From contig CAYIAA010000001.1 of NCBI GenBank assembly GCA_964361405.1, positions 84,917-148,916 on the forward strand: DNA of 64,000 nt, given 5' to 3'. Positions 51,369-59,916 of this stretch are shown here, in pieces. The DNA is from an uncultured Candidatus Saccharibacteria bacterium. GTDB lineage: Bacteria; Patescibacteriota; Minisyncoccia; Phycocordibacterales; UBA3531. Position 1 is the first letter of the stretch; each line of letters opens with the position of its first letter. The position numbers were made by a program, and so were the translations under genes. The notes under the pieces were generated by a model that had not been told where the DNA came from, ran no database searches, and saw only the letters and a list, made by a program, of their open reading frames with translations.

Positions 51369-51440
51369 TGCCCTCAAGAGGAATCGAACCTCTATTTCAA
51401 GCTTCGGAGGCCTGTGTCCTATCCGTTGAACGATGAGGGC
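51369..51440 (-). tRNA. tRNA-Arg(CCG)
   Basis: Reverse complement GCCCTCA...TGAGGGC-A, anticodon arm CAGGC-CT-CCG-AA-GCTTG, T-loop GGTTCGATTCC; CCA not encoded. Confidence 0.95.
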
Positions 51441-51480
51441 TTTGTGTGCAAGCTTAGTATATCACTGCTAAAAAATGGTG

Positions 51481-51508
51481 CGGCCGCGATGATTTCTCAT
51501 CGCGGCCG
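51481..51508 (-). terminator. 12-bp hairpin terminator
   Basis: CGGCCGCGATGA-TTTC-TCATCGCGGCCG downstream of the 51515-51703 ORF. Confidence 0.65.
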
Positions 51509-51514
51509 ATACTC

Positions 51515-51703
51515 TTACTTTTCTTCCTCTCTTGCCTCGAGCCCCCAGAGCTTCCGCCATGCCCAATCGTTTATCCCAAAAACTATCACCAAAAAGGTGA
51601 CAGCGATGATGAATCCAATCCCACTAAGGTCGGATTTATCATCATAGTCGTCATCGAACCATGGTGTGCGGTTCTCTTTGTTTACCTCATCCATATTTCT
51701 CAC
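51515..51703 (-). CDS. Small single-TM hypothetical protein
   Basis: Acidic N-terminus, one TM helix, followed by a hairpin. Confidence 0.5.
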   Translation of the reverse strand: MRNMDEVNKENRTPWFDDDYDDKSDLSGIGFIIAVTFLVIVFGINDWAWRKLWGLEAREEEK

Positions 51704-51739
51704 TTTCGAGGAGGACGGTACAGGAGAGGGTATGCGTTG

Positions 51740-53707
51740 TCAACGGATGTGTTTCGCTTTGTCGAGATAGTCGAGGATTGTATTAATGAATTCGGCATGG
51801 CTCCACGTGAGCGGTGCCACCGATATTTGTTCTCCGGTGTGTGGGTCGAGTTGCTCGGACATAATGCCCGAGGGGAGTGCACGATCGCAGACCCATTTGA
51901 ATCCATCACGCACCATCTCGAGGTCTTTTTTCGTTTCCGCTATTGCAATCTGGTACTGATGGAGCCAGAGCGTTGTCAAAAACCATGGATTTCCCGTGAT
52001 GTGAGCGTCCTTTCTGTGGTACGGATCATTTTCGTGACGCGCGATGCCGCCAATGTGGCCGTGATCTCCGGTAGTTGAGAAAGAAAGTTTATTCACCACT
52101 GTTTCAAATGATTTTTTGATTCGCTCGTCGTCTTTCGGGAGAACTCCGAATCGATAGGGCCCGTAGAAACTACTCACGTCAATGGTGCGGTCAACATGCA
52201 TTTCTCCGCCTCTCGTATCGATGAGTTTTACGAAACAGCCGAGTTTCTCATCATACAGGTGTGCCAAGATGCCTTCTTTAACCTCGCGCGCACCCTGATC
52301 GTACTTTTCCGATTCTTCTTTTTTCCCGAGGACATCGGCAAAATTACTTGCGGCGCGGAGCGCCGCATAGACCGTCGCCGCCGTAAACGTGGACGTCCCG
52401 AACTTTTCTTCCCAAAGATCATACGATCCGTAGGGGAGACCGGTTTTCTCATCGCGGTAGAAATAGAGGAAGTCCGCGATTTTTTTCACGAACGGATTGT
52501 AAATTTTCTCGATGAACTCGAGATTGTGGTGAAGCGCATAGTGGTTCCACAAAGCGTGGAGAACGAGTGCCGTTTCGTCTTCTTGTATGGCGAGTTGTTT
52601 CTTGTCGTTATACACCCACGGATGCCAGGAACTCCCGAGCGAGCCGTCGGATTGGTATTTGTGATGGAGGTATCCTTCCTCGGAGAGAACTTTATTGCAA
52701 AATTCGAAAAAACGATTTGTTACTTCGATATAGCCCATCCGATCGAGCGCAATCGCCGTGAGTGCGCCGTCGCGTGGCCACATATAGTTATAGGTGTCGC
52801 GTCCATACTGGAGAATGTCCGAATCTCCGGAGGCAATAATGGCTCCGCCGTTATCCACGTGAGTGCGAATGATAAGGAGGGATTTTTTGAAAAGGTCTTC
52901 GAGTCGCGTGTCGATGTCGATTAAGTTTACCTGATTCTTGTTGACCCATGCTCTCCAATAGTTCGCCGTCGTTTCCACCATGTGGTTCGGAGTTTTCAGC
53001 TTGATTTCTTTCCAGAGCGTTTTTATTTCACTGAGGTCTCTTGCGGCGATGATGATGTAGTCGAATGTGCTCGAGCTCATTGCCGGGATATCGTGATGGA
53101 AACCGATGGTGGAATCAACCGAGCCGTGCTCAACCGGGTTTTTTGAAAGCACTCCGTCTTCGGCATCGCGCCAGGTGCCTTCCTTTCCTTCGATGTTGAA
53201 TACCCCAACGGAGTAGTCGTCGAAACTTCTGCCGTCTAAGTGTGCCCCGGTGACGAGAAAAATTCTTCTGCCGCGGTAGTGAATGATTGATGCAAAATCC
53301 GGGTCATAGTAGGCGGTGTTCCCGTGGTTTAATCCACTGATTTCGAACTGCTGGTTAAAAAATATCCTGATCGAGCGGTTACGGTTCCAGCGGTTTTCAA
53401 TGGTGATGCGCCGTATAAATACGTTGTCTTCGTTATAAACCGTATCTCGGAAGTGAAGGGAAATATTCAATTCGCGGTTCTCCGCGTCAATCCGTGAGAC
53501 GAGGGTTTCTCCGTCATAGTTGGTCCGCACATCCCAACCTTCGCCAACCCAGCTGTACGTTCCGTCAACCCAAATACCGATCCGATGAATGCAGTCAGCG
53601 GTTTGGTTCTCGAGTCCCACATGAGGGAAGTGGAAGTCGCGCACTCTCCCGTAGCGGTCGAAACCGATGAGAACATTCCCATTTCCCAATACGAGAGATC
53701 GAGGCAT
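51740..53707 (-). CDS. Glycoside hydrolase family 15 (glucoamylase-like)
   Basis: YMWPRDG, QEDET, DLWEE, MSEQ, PLTWSHA. Confidence 0.92.
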   Translation of the reverse strand: MPRSLVLGNGNVLIGFDRYGRVRDFHFPHVGLENQTADCIHRIGIWVDGTYSWVGEGWDVRTNYDGETLVSRIDAENRELNISLHFRDTVYNEDNVFIRRITIENRWNRNRSIRIFFNQQFEISGLNHGNTAYYDPDFASIIHYRGRRIFLVTGAHLDGRSFDDYSVGVFNIEGKEGTWRDAEDGVLSKNPVEHGSVDSTIGFHHDIPAMSSSTFDYIIIAARDLSEIKTLWKEIKLKTPNHMVETTANYWRAWVNKNQVNLIDIDTRLEDLFKKSLLIIRTHVDNGGAIIASGDSDILQYGRDTYNYMWPRDGALTAIALDRMGYIEVTNRFFEFCNKVLSEEGYLHHKYQSDGSLGSSWHPWVYNDKKQLAIQEDETALVLHALWNHYALHHNLEFIEKIYNPFVKKIADFLYFYRDEKTGLPYGSYDLWEEKFGTSTFTAATVYAALRAASNFADVLGKKEESEKYDQGAREVKEGILAHLYDEKLGCFVKLIDTRGGEMHVDRTIDVSSFYGPYRFGVLPKDDERIKKSFETVVNKLSFSTTGDHGHIGGIARHENDPYHRKDAHITGNPWFLTTLWLHQYQIAIAETKKDLEMVRDGFKWVCDRALPSGIMSEQLDPHTGEQISVAPLTWSHAEFINTILDYLDKAKHIR

Positions 53708-53822
53708 CTAGGTCAGATGGATTTTTTTTCGCGAACGTGAAATTTTTATTCCCGCCCCCCATTTCATAATAGATGTATGCTCATACGCTATCCTTAAGTA
53801 TATCGTTTGCAGTTTTTCTCGT

Positions 53823-55052
53823 CTACACGGTTGCGAGCGCCTCCGCCCTTTTTTCTTCTTTTCCACTCGCGAGCCGCAACTCCAAATCTTTGAGCACGTT
53901 CATATAGGAAAGATAGGCATCGTAAGGAGTGTCGTAGGGATTAAAGTATTTGTGGACATCGCCGTCGGCGAACCACTTTGTGCACATGTAGTAGAAATGG
54001 TCCGAGGTTTGCATGCGACGCCACGCGTCAAGGATATCGTAGCTCTTACTCGCGAGGACGCGCTCTCTTAGGCCATAGAGTGCTCGGAGCGCATCGTGTT
54101 GCATCGAGTTCGAGAGCCATGCCGAGAGGTCGCGCTCAACGTCTGCCCAGGAAACGTAGTGGGGGACATCGAGCTCGGCAACCGGCTTAAAGAGCGTCAT
54201 CGCCTCGGATGGCGTGATGAAACAATTATTGGAACTTTTCAGAAGTTCTCCGGGGAGTGCGCGGAGGAAGTCAAAAATTCCGGTGTCTTCCCACTGGTGT
54301 TCACCGAAAGTTTCATAATCCATAAAGAGATTTACGACCTGCGCATTGCCCTGCTTCGCATTTATCCACGAGCCGTATTTCCCAGTATCAAGCGGCCACT
54401 CTTCCCACGAACGTGAAGAAAATCTGAAAGCGATATCGTCGGAGAGTTTGTAATTCTTGAGAAGAAGTCCCATCTTCTTTGTTCCTCGTGGGCGGTAGAG
54501 AAAATCGGGACTTCGCCAGCCCAAAACATGATCCGCCCCTTCGGCGAGTATTCCCCGGAAACCCATACCTTCCGCGGCGAGCGCGAGGTCGTTTCGGTAG
54601 ATGAGTTCGGTGTTCCGGAAAACTTGCGGTCGCACCCCGAATACTTTTTCTATGGTACGGCGGTGCATATCAACCTGCTCGGCGAATTCTTCCATTGAGT
54701 AAAGGAATGAAAGCGAGTGGTAATACGTTTCGCCAAGGATTTCGACGCGGCCCGTTTTGACCAGGTCCTGAAACGATTTGAGCACCTCTGGAGCGAATTC
54801 CTTAAATTGTTCAAGGATTACACCGGTCAGAGAAAACGTCACTTTGAACTCCGGGTGTTGTTTCAAAAGTTCGAGGAGAATGCGATTTGTGGGGAGATAC
54901 GATTTCTCCGCTACCTTTCGGAGGACAAACTGATTGTTTAAGTTGCCATTCGTCCCGTTAAAATAGTTCCGGTCTTTCCCGATATCGAAGACGCGGTAAG
55001 GTTTGAGACGGTAGGGTTGATGGACTTGGAAGTAGAGGCAGAGTGCAGGCAT
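53823..55052 (-). CDS. Glycoside hydrolase family 57 (alpha-amylase-like)
   Basis: FQVHQP, ETYYHSL, FRNTEL, DYETFGEHQW, QTSDHFYYM; start at MPALC. Confidence 0.92.
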   Translation of the reverse strand: MPALCLYFQVHQPYRLKPYRVFDIGKDRNYFNGTNGNLNNQFVLRKVAEKSYLPTNRILLELLKQHPEFKVTFSLTGVILEQFKEFAPEVLKSFQDLVKTGRVEILGETYYHSLSFLYSMEEFAEQVDMHRRTIEKVFGVRPQVFRNTELIYRNDLALAAEGMGFRGILAEGADHVLGWRSPDFLYRPRGTKKMGLLLKNYKLSDDIAFRFSSRSWEEWPLDTGKYGSWINAKQGNAQVVNLFMDYETFGEHQWEDTGIFDFLRALPGELLKSSNNCFITPSEAMTLFKPVAELDVPHYVSWADVERDLSAWLSNSMQHDALRALYGLRERVLASKSYDILDAWRRMQTSDHFYYMCTKWFADGDVHKYFNPYDTPYDAYLSYMNVLKDLELRLASGKEEKRAEALATV

Positions 55053-55057
55053 AGCTT

Positions 55058-56278
55058 CTATGTTAAACCAGAGGTCAGTTTTCCGTAAATCGAGAGACAT
55101 TTCTCCGCGGCCTTATCCCACGTCACACCGCGCGCCTCCGCACTGCCATATTCGCCGAGTGTGTCCTTGAGCGGTGGGTACGCGAGGACTCCGAGGATTT
55201 TATTCGCCATTTCCTCGACATCCCAAAAATCGACCTTAAGCGCGTGTTTCAAGACTTCGGACACGCCCGACTGCTTCGAGATAAGTACGGGAACCCCCTC
55301 TATTAGTGCTTCAAGCGGGGTAATGCCGAAAGGTTCTGATACGGAGGGCATGACATAGAGATCGCTCGCTCGATAGACCTCCGCAAGTTCCTCTCCACGG
55401 AGAAATCCAGTGAAAATAATTTTATCGCCGATGCCCATATAACTCGCTTCCGCGATGAGCTGGCGCTCCATGTCGCCGGATCCCGAGATGATAAAAATAA
55501 CTCGAGGATTCACTTCAAGCACGCGCTTCGCTGTGCGTAAAAAGTAATCCGCGCCTTTTTGAATGGTGAGGCGCCCCACGAAGGAGACCACGCTGTACCC
55601 ATGACTCTTGAATGCGAGTGTAGTTTCTCCTACCTTTCGTCGCGGATCCGCACTCATTTCGACACCATTATGAACCACTTCAACTTTGTCGGGGTTAATT
55701 CCGTACCTACTGGTGACGATGTCTTTCGTAAATCCTGAAACGGTTGCGACGCGGTCGGCGGTTTCCATACCCCAGCGCTCTTTCCCGTAGACATGTTCAT
55801 TAATATTGTGTCCACCGGTACGATCGAATTCCGTTGCGTGTACGTGTACGACAAGCGGTTTTCCACTTACTTCTTTTGCGCCGACTCCGGCGCCGAAGGT
55901 GAGCCAGTCGTGCGCGTGGATTACGTCGAAGCGCTCGCGAGCGGCAATTGCGCGCGAAAGTTGGGCAAAGCGCTCGACTTCTTGAAAAAGATTTGCTCCG
56001 TAGAGCCGCTGTTTCTTCGAGTCGAGGTTCCCATACTCTTCATCGTATGATTCGCTCGAGAGATAGGGCGAGAGGGGAGAGTCAACGATGAGATAATCAA
56101 TGCCATCGCCCGCAAAGACAAGTTTCAAATGATCCGCCTTGATAGGCTGTTTTTTTGGAAGCACGAAAATCACTTTTGATCCGCGCGCCACGAGCGCCTT
56201 GCTCAAACCAAAGCAGGCGACACCAAGCCCACCGCTGTTAAAAGGAGGGAGCTCCCAGCCGAACATTAAAATGGTCAT
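55058..56278 (-). CDS. GT4 glycosyltransferase (glycogen-synthase-like)
   Basis: FGWELPPFNSGGLG, HAHDWLT, HATEFDR, SEPFGITPLEA; start at MTILM. Confidence 0.9.
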   Translation of the reverse strand: MTILMFGWELPPFNSGGLGVACFGLSKALVARGSKVIFVLPKKQPIKADHLKLVFAGDGIDYLIVDSPLSPYLSSESYDEEYGNLDSKKQRLYGANLFQEVERFAQLSRAIAARERFDVIHAHDWLTFGAGVGAKEVSGKPLVVHVHATEFDRTGGHNINEHVYGKERWGMETADRVATVSGFTKDIVTSRYGINPDKVEVVHNGVEMSADPRRKVGETTLAFKSHGYSVVSFVGRLTIQKGADYFLRTAKRVLEVNPRVIFIISGSGDMERQLIAEASYMGIGDKIIFTGFLRGEELAEVYRASDLYVMPSVSEPFGITPLEALIEGVPVLISKQSGVSEVLKHALKVDFWDVEEMANKILGVLAYPPLKDTLGEYGSAEARGVTWDKAAEKCLSIYGKLTSGLT

Positions 56279-56484
56279 CCGATTTGGATGGTAACAGTGC
56301 TTTTTGCACACTTAAAAGCGCGAGCAGAAGCACTTTCTCAAGTATATCTCGAAAACACTCTATAGTGTGCTCATTATTTGCCTTTCGGCTGTGCATAACG
56401 CACTACGTGATAAACATTTTTCTGATTTTTCTCTATAGTGAGCGAAAAAAGAGATTTTCCGTGTCAAAATAGTCCAATTCATCC

Positions 56485-56619
56485 ATGAAGACACCATCTC
56501 TCGGTAAAAAAGCACCCGATTTTACGCTCCCTGACGAGGATGGAGGTAAACACACGCTCTTTGGGTACCGTGGAAGATAGGTGCTTCTCTATTTTTACCC
56601 GAGAGACAATACCGCCTAG
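56485..56619 (+). pseudogene. bcp: Truncated BCP/PrxQ peroxiredoxin pseudogene
   Basis: MKTPSLGKKAPDFTLPDEDGGKHTLFGYRGR*VLLYFYPRDNTA*; TAG where Trp is expected, and it ends before the peroxidatic Cys. Confidence 0.8.
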
Positions 56620-56730
56620 CGGGATTGTCTTCCCCGATCAAGCGTCCGTGTGTGAGTTTTGTAAAAATTGACAGTGGTTGGAAACTGGATATAGCTCAGT
56701 GAGACCAACCCAAGAAGAAGGATTTGAGAA

Positions 56731-56919
56731 GTGAAAGGAGAGGTGAGAGGGAAGTTCCCTAATCGTGTGCGTGAGATACGCGAAGATCTTCTCATGACGC
56801 AATTGCGACTCGCCAAGAAAGCGGGCATAGCGGTTCACACTGTTTCGAATACCTTAGGGATGTGGCTTAGGGCAGATGTAGACACTTCTGCAAAAAACTG
56901 CTCACAGGTTCGCACTTAG
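56731..56919 (+). CDS. XRE-family helix-turn-helix protein or remnant
   Basis: NRVREIREDLLMTQLRLAKKAGIAVHTVSN; similarity decays after helix 3. Confidence 0.55.
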   Translation: MKGEVRGKFPNRVREIREDLLMTQLRLAKKAGIAVHTVSNTLGMWLRADVDTSAKNCSQVRT

Positions 56920-56933
56920 GCGCGAGGTAGTTT

Positions 56934-56963
56934 ATTGCACCCATTCGGGTGCAATCGTATACT
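56934..56963 (+). promoter_or_regulatory. Promoter with overlapping palindrome (putative operator)
   Basis: TTGCAC-N17-TATACT overlapped by ATTGCACCC-ATTC-GGGTGCAAT. Confidence 0.55.
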
Positions 56964-56974
56964 ATCTAGGCAAC

Positions 56975-57907
56975 ATGAGAACCATCTTGCCTTGTACTTT
57001 TTATCGCACACTTGTGTGCGAGGTTGCTCTATTTATTATTGTGGTGGTTTTTTTCGCTTCATTCCCCGGAATTACTTTTGCGCAGGATGGTGAGTACACT
57101 TTTCTTGAACCATTTCCCTCCACGGATGGAACCTCGCTTACTCAAGTTTCCCGGCAAGATCTCTTCGCCCGATACGCCCAAACCGTTTTCAATCTAAGCC
57201 TCGGCGTAGCTGGAGTCTTGGCAGTTCTTATGCTCATCATAGCGGGAGTGCAATATACACTCGGAGCGGTGAGTGAACAGTCAAAATCGGATGCTAAAGA
57301 TCGTATCCGCTCGGCGATTCTCGGTCTTCTTATCGTGCTTGCCGCTTATCTTATTCTCTGGACCATTAATCCCGACCTCGTCAGACTCGAGCTCAATGTG
57401 CCCTCTCTCACAGAGTTTATGCCCTCACCGGGTCCGGGCGGTGCACCACCCGCGGGAGTGCCGCCGCCTGTATCGGTGCCGCCGGCGGCAGTATGTCCGG
57501 GCTGTAATCCGGTCACTGACTACAACTTTCCTAAAAAAGCACCCGGCGCCGGGTGTGCCGGTTCTACATGCTATCTTGAAGCATCGCTTGCGCTCCGTCT
57601 TGAGCAATTAGATACCTCCCTTCAGGCGGCCGGTATTTCGTGGCAAGTGAATGAGATGTACCCGCCGACGCGCACCCACAGCAATTCCTGCCACCAATAC
57701 GGAACCTGTACTGATGCAAGTATTACTGGTTCGCAGACGCCGGCACGTATTATCACTTTTCAAGAACTGGCGGCTGGGAGGGCGCTCCGTGCGCAGTATG
57801 AAGTCACTTCTCCGGCGCGGGAAGCGCAACTCCGGGCCGCGGGCGTAACGGACGTTCGCTACATTCCCGGAATCACCGGAGAGCACTTTTCGATATACAG
57901 TAACTAA
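56975..57907 (+). CDS. CPR-type pilin-like membrane protein with Pro-rich linker and Cys/His-rich C-terminal domain
   Basis: LAVLMLIIAGVQY...AKDRIRSAILGLLIVLAAYLILWTINPDL pilin signature; CHQYGTCTD and GEHFS. Confidence 0.75.
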   Translation: MRTILPCTFYRTLVCEVALFIIVVVFFASFPGITFAQDGEYTFLEPFPSTDGTSLTQVSRQDLFARYAQTVFNLSLGVAGVLAVLMLIIAGVQYTLGAVSEQSKSDAKDRIRSAILGLLIVLAAYLILWTINPDLVRLELNVPSLTEFMPSPGPGGAPPAGVPPPVSVPPAAVCPGCNPVTDYNFPKKAPGAGCAGSTCYLEASLALRLEQLDTSLQAAGISWQVNEMYPPTRTHSNSCHQYGTCTDASITGSQTPARIITFQELAAGRALRAQYEVTSPAREAQLRAAGVTDVRYIPGITGEHFSIYSN

Positions 57908-58014
57908 TGTAGCCGATTTTTTGAGCATGGACTTACCCACCATGCTTGATTGCTCCGTTCTTTCTTTCTTTCTATAATAATAAGCGGTGTAATAGTAGTA
58001 AAAAGTAGATTACT

Positions 58015-58554
58015 ATGAATAATTCAAGTATAGTCGCAGTTCTCGTCGTAGCCGCGGCTCTCGGTTTTATCATTTGGTTTTCCATGGGTGCCGATACCAC
58101 CCTTCCTGCTCCGGAGGAAGAAGGTACAGTTGAGAAGACAGACAATACTTCCGATGCTTCCTCGGCATGGGACGCGGTCTTAAGTGGAAATACGGCAGGA
58201 GAAGTTAAAAAACCATCCGCTCCGACCACATCCGCTCCGGTAACGCCACCAGCGGCAAGAGGAGAAGATGGGGTATATGTCGTGACGTATGGAAACAATG
58301 GTTTTTCTCCAGTTTTTACGCAGGTGAAGGCAGGGGAGGCGGTTCGTTTTATGAATAACAGCTCCCGGGCGATGATGATTAAATCAACGACCAAGCCGCC
58401 GTCTGACCAAGTTTTTTACTCCGGTTTCTCGCAAGATTCTTCCGTGGGTAAAGGAGGGACGTGGACATATCTCTTCACGCAAGTTGGTGCATGGGGATAT
58501 ACGAACTCTAATTATCCGTCGCACGCGGGGACCATCCTCGTTTTGCCTCAGTAG
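58015..58554 (+). CDS. Membrane-anchored cupredoxin-fold protein
   Basis: VTY..NGFSP...VKAGEAVRFMN, WTYLF...GAWGY, GTILV; classical Cu ligands not evident. Confidence 0.7.
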   Translation: MNNSSIVAVLVVAAALGFIIWFSMGADTTLPAPEEEGTVEKTDNTSDASSAWDAVLSGNTAGEVKKPSAPTTSAPVTPPAARGEDGVYVVTYGNNGFSPVFTQVKAGEAVRFMNNSSRAMMIKSTTKPPSDQVFYSGFSQDSSVGKGGTWTYLFTQVGAWGYTNSNYPSHAGTILVLPQ

Positions 58555-58575
58555 CAGGAACTAAGAAAGTCATAT

Positions 58576-58663
58576 AAAAAAGAACCCCTGGGAGTACTGG
58601 TGGGGGGGTGGGGCGCGGTGTTCCCAATCCTTTCCAGTACTCCCAGGGGTCGAAAATAACTCT
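58576..58663 (-). ncRNA. Candidate ~90-nt small RNA
   Basis: TTGACA-N17-TACAAT promoter (58698-58670) firing into a 17-bp stem with C-rich loop and U-tail; no ORF. Confidence 0.55.
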
Positions 58664-58707
58664 TCTCGCATTGTAGATGATCAGGGTTTAAGTGTCAAGC
58701 ATGCGGG

Positions 58708-59259
58708 TTAAAAGAATCGGGAAAGCTCTGCAATTGCGAGTATCCCAAGAAAGTTCGCGAAGAATGAGAAGGGGATGAAAAGAAGGGCACGCGTTTTCAC
58801 AAAACCGAGGATCATGATTCCGAGCTCGTCAGGGAATGGAGAAGCGATAATCGCTGCTGCGACAAAGGGCGAAAACCATCTGAAGAGTTTACGTTTGAAG
58901 ATGTGGCGGACCATCTCTCTACGTCGTTTATTGAAGAGCGACATGATGTCGTCCGAGAACCTATCTTTCACAAAGAGATAAAGAACTAAGTCGCCCAAAA
59001 GAGCGCCCAATCCGCCAAAAAAGGCAGTGTTGAGAATAGAGCCCGACTTTGCCAGGTGTGCGAGGGTGGCGATTGCGGGAGCTGTGGTAAAGGCGGAGGT
59101 AAAAAAGAATCCCGCAATAAAATTCTCAAGCGGCTCAAAACCTTCTCGCGCCATAAGGAACGCGTGGAGAGCACCGCTCTTTGAAAGCCATACCGCGAAG
59201 GCGATACTTGCCGTGATGAGTATCGCATCTTGGTAGAGATTGTTTTTTACGCCGTTCAT
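58708..59259 (-). CDS. Hypothetical multi-TM membrane protein
   Basis: FFTSAFTTAPA, GALLGD, ASPFPDELG motifs; divergent from dedA. Confidence 0.75.
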   Translation of the reverse strand: MNGVKNNLYQDAILITASIAFAVWLSKSGALHAFLMAREGFEPLENFIAGFFFTSAFTTAPAIATLAHLAKSGSILNTAFFGGLGALLGDLVLYLFVKDRFSDDIMSLFNKRRREMVRHIFKRKLFRWFSPFVAAAIIASPFPDELGIMILGFVKTRALLFIPFSFFANFLGILAIAELSRFF

Positions 59260-59305
59260 TTGAGAATAGTATAACGTACCCTCATGTTATACTGAGCATT
59301 CCACT

Positions 59306-59896
59306 ATGTTCGATCTTGTTCCACATATTGTCTCCGCGGGGTACGTGGGGCTCTTTACCGTCGTTTTTGTAGAGTCGGGGCTTTTTTTTGGTTTTTTTCT
59401 CCCCGGTGACAGCCTGCTTTTCACGGTAGGCCTTCTCGCGTCGCAGGGAGTATTTGATATCGCCCTCATGTTGGCGCTTTTAAGCGTTGCCGCCGTAGCG
59501 GGGGATAGTGTTGGGTATGCATTCGGCAAACGCGTTGGGCAGGCGCTTTTTTCAAGGCCGGAGTCACGCTTTTTCAAACCAGATCACATGCTTCGCGCGA
59601 ATAAGTTTTTCACAAATCATGGGAAGAAATCGGTTTTCCTCGCACGCTTTATCCCGATTGTGCGTACGTTTGTACCCATTGTTGCCGGTATCGCGCGCAT
59701 GCCCTATCGGGATTTTCTTTTTTATAACATGTTCGGCGGGGTCTTCTGGGTTTTCAGCATGACGCTTTTCGGATACACGCTCGGCGTGTATGTCCCGAAT
59801 GCTGAAGCGTATCTGTATCCGATTGTCGCCCTCATCGTCGCCATTTCCTTTTTCCCCGTGTTTTTTCAGGCGGCCTCGCGCCGTTCAAAAAAGTAG
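59306..59896 (+). CDS. DedA-family membrane protein
   Basis: FVESGLFFGFFLPGDSLLF, GDSVGY, ARFIPIVRTF. Confidence 0.92.
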   Translation: MFDLVPHIVSAGYVGLFTVVFVESGLFFGFFLPGDSLLFTVGLLASQGVFDIALMLALLSVAAVAGDSVGYAFGKRVGQALFSRPESRFFKPDHMLRANKFFTNHGKKSVFLARFIPIVRTFVPIVAGIARMPYRDFLFYNMFGGVFWVFSMTLFGYTLGVYVPNAEAYLYPIVALIVAISFFPVFFQAASRRSKK

Positions 59897-59916
59897 CTAG
59901 CCCGGGGCCGTTTTCT

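Noticed and set aside
56578-56580. In-frame TAG as evidence of stop-codon recoding
   Set aside because: TAG, TGA and TAA all end intact genes in this window, and the frame is truncated shortly afterwards anyway.
56685-56702. CTGGATATAGCTCAGTG as another tRNA 5' fragment
   Set aside because: No GG D-loop or further cloverleaf; it overlaps a plausible -10 box and may be chance.
58601-58620. G-rich run as a G-quadruplex
   Set aside because: Only two long G tracts are present; the run is better explained as the complement of the C-rich loop of the candidate sRNA.
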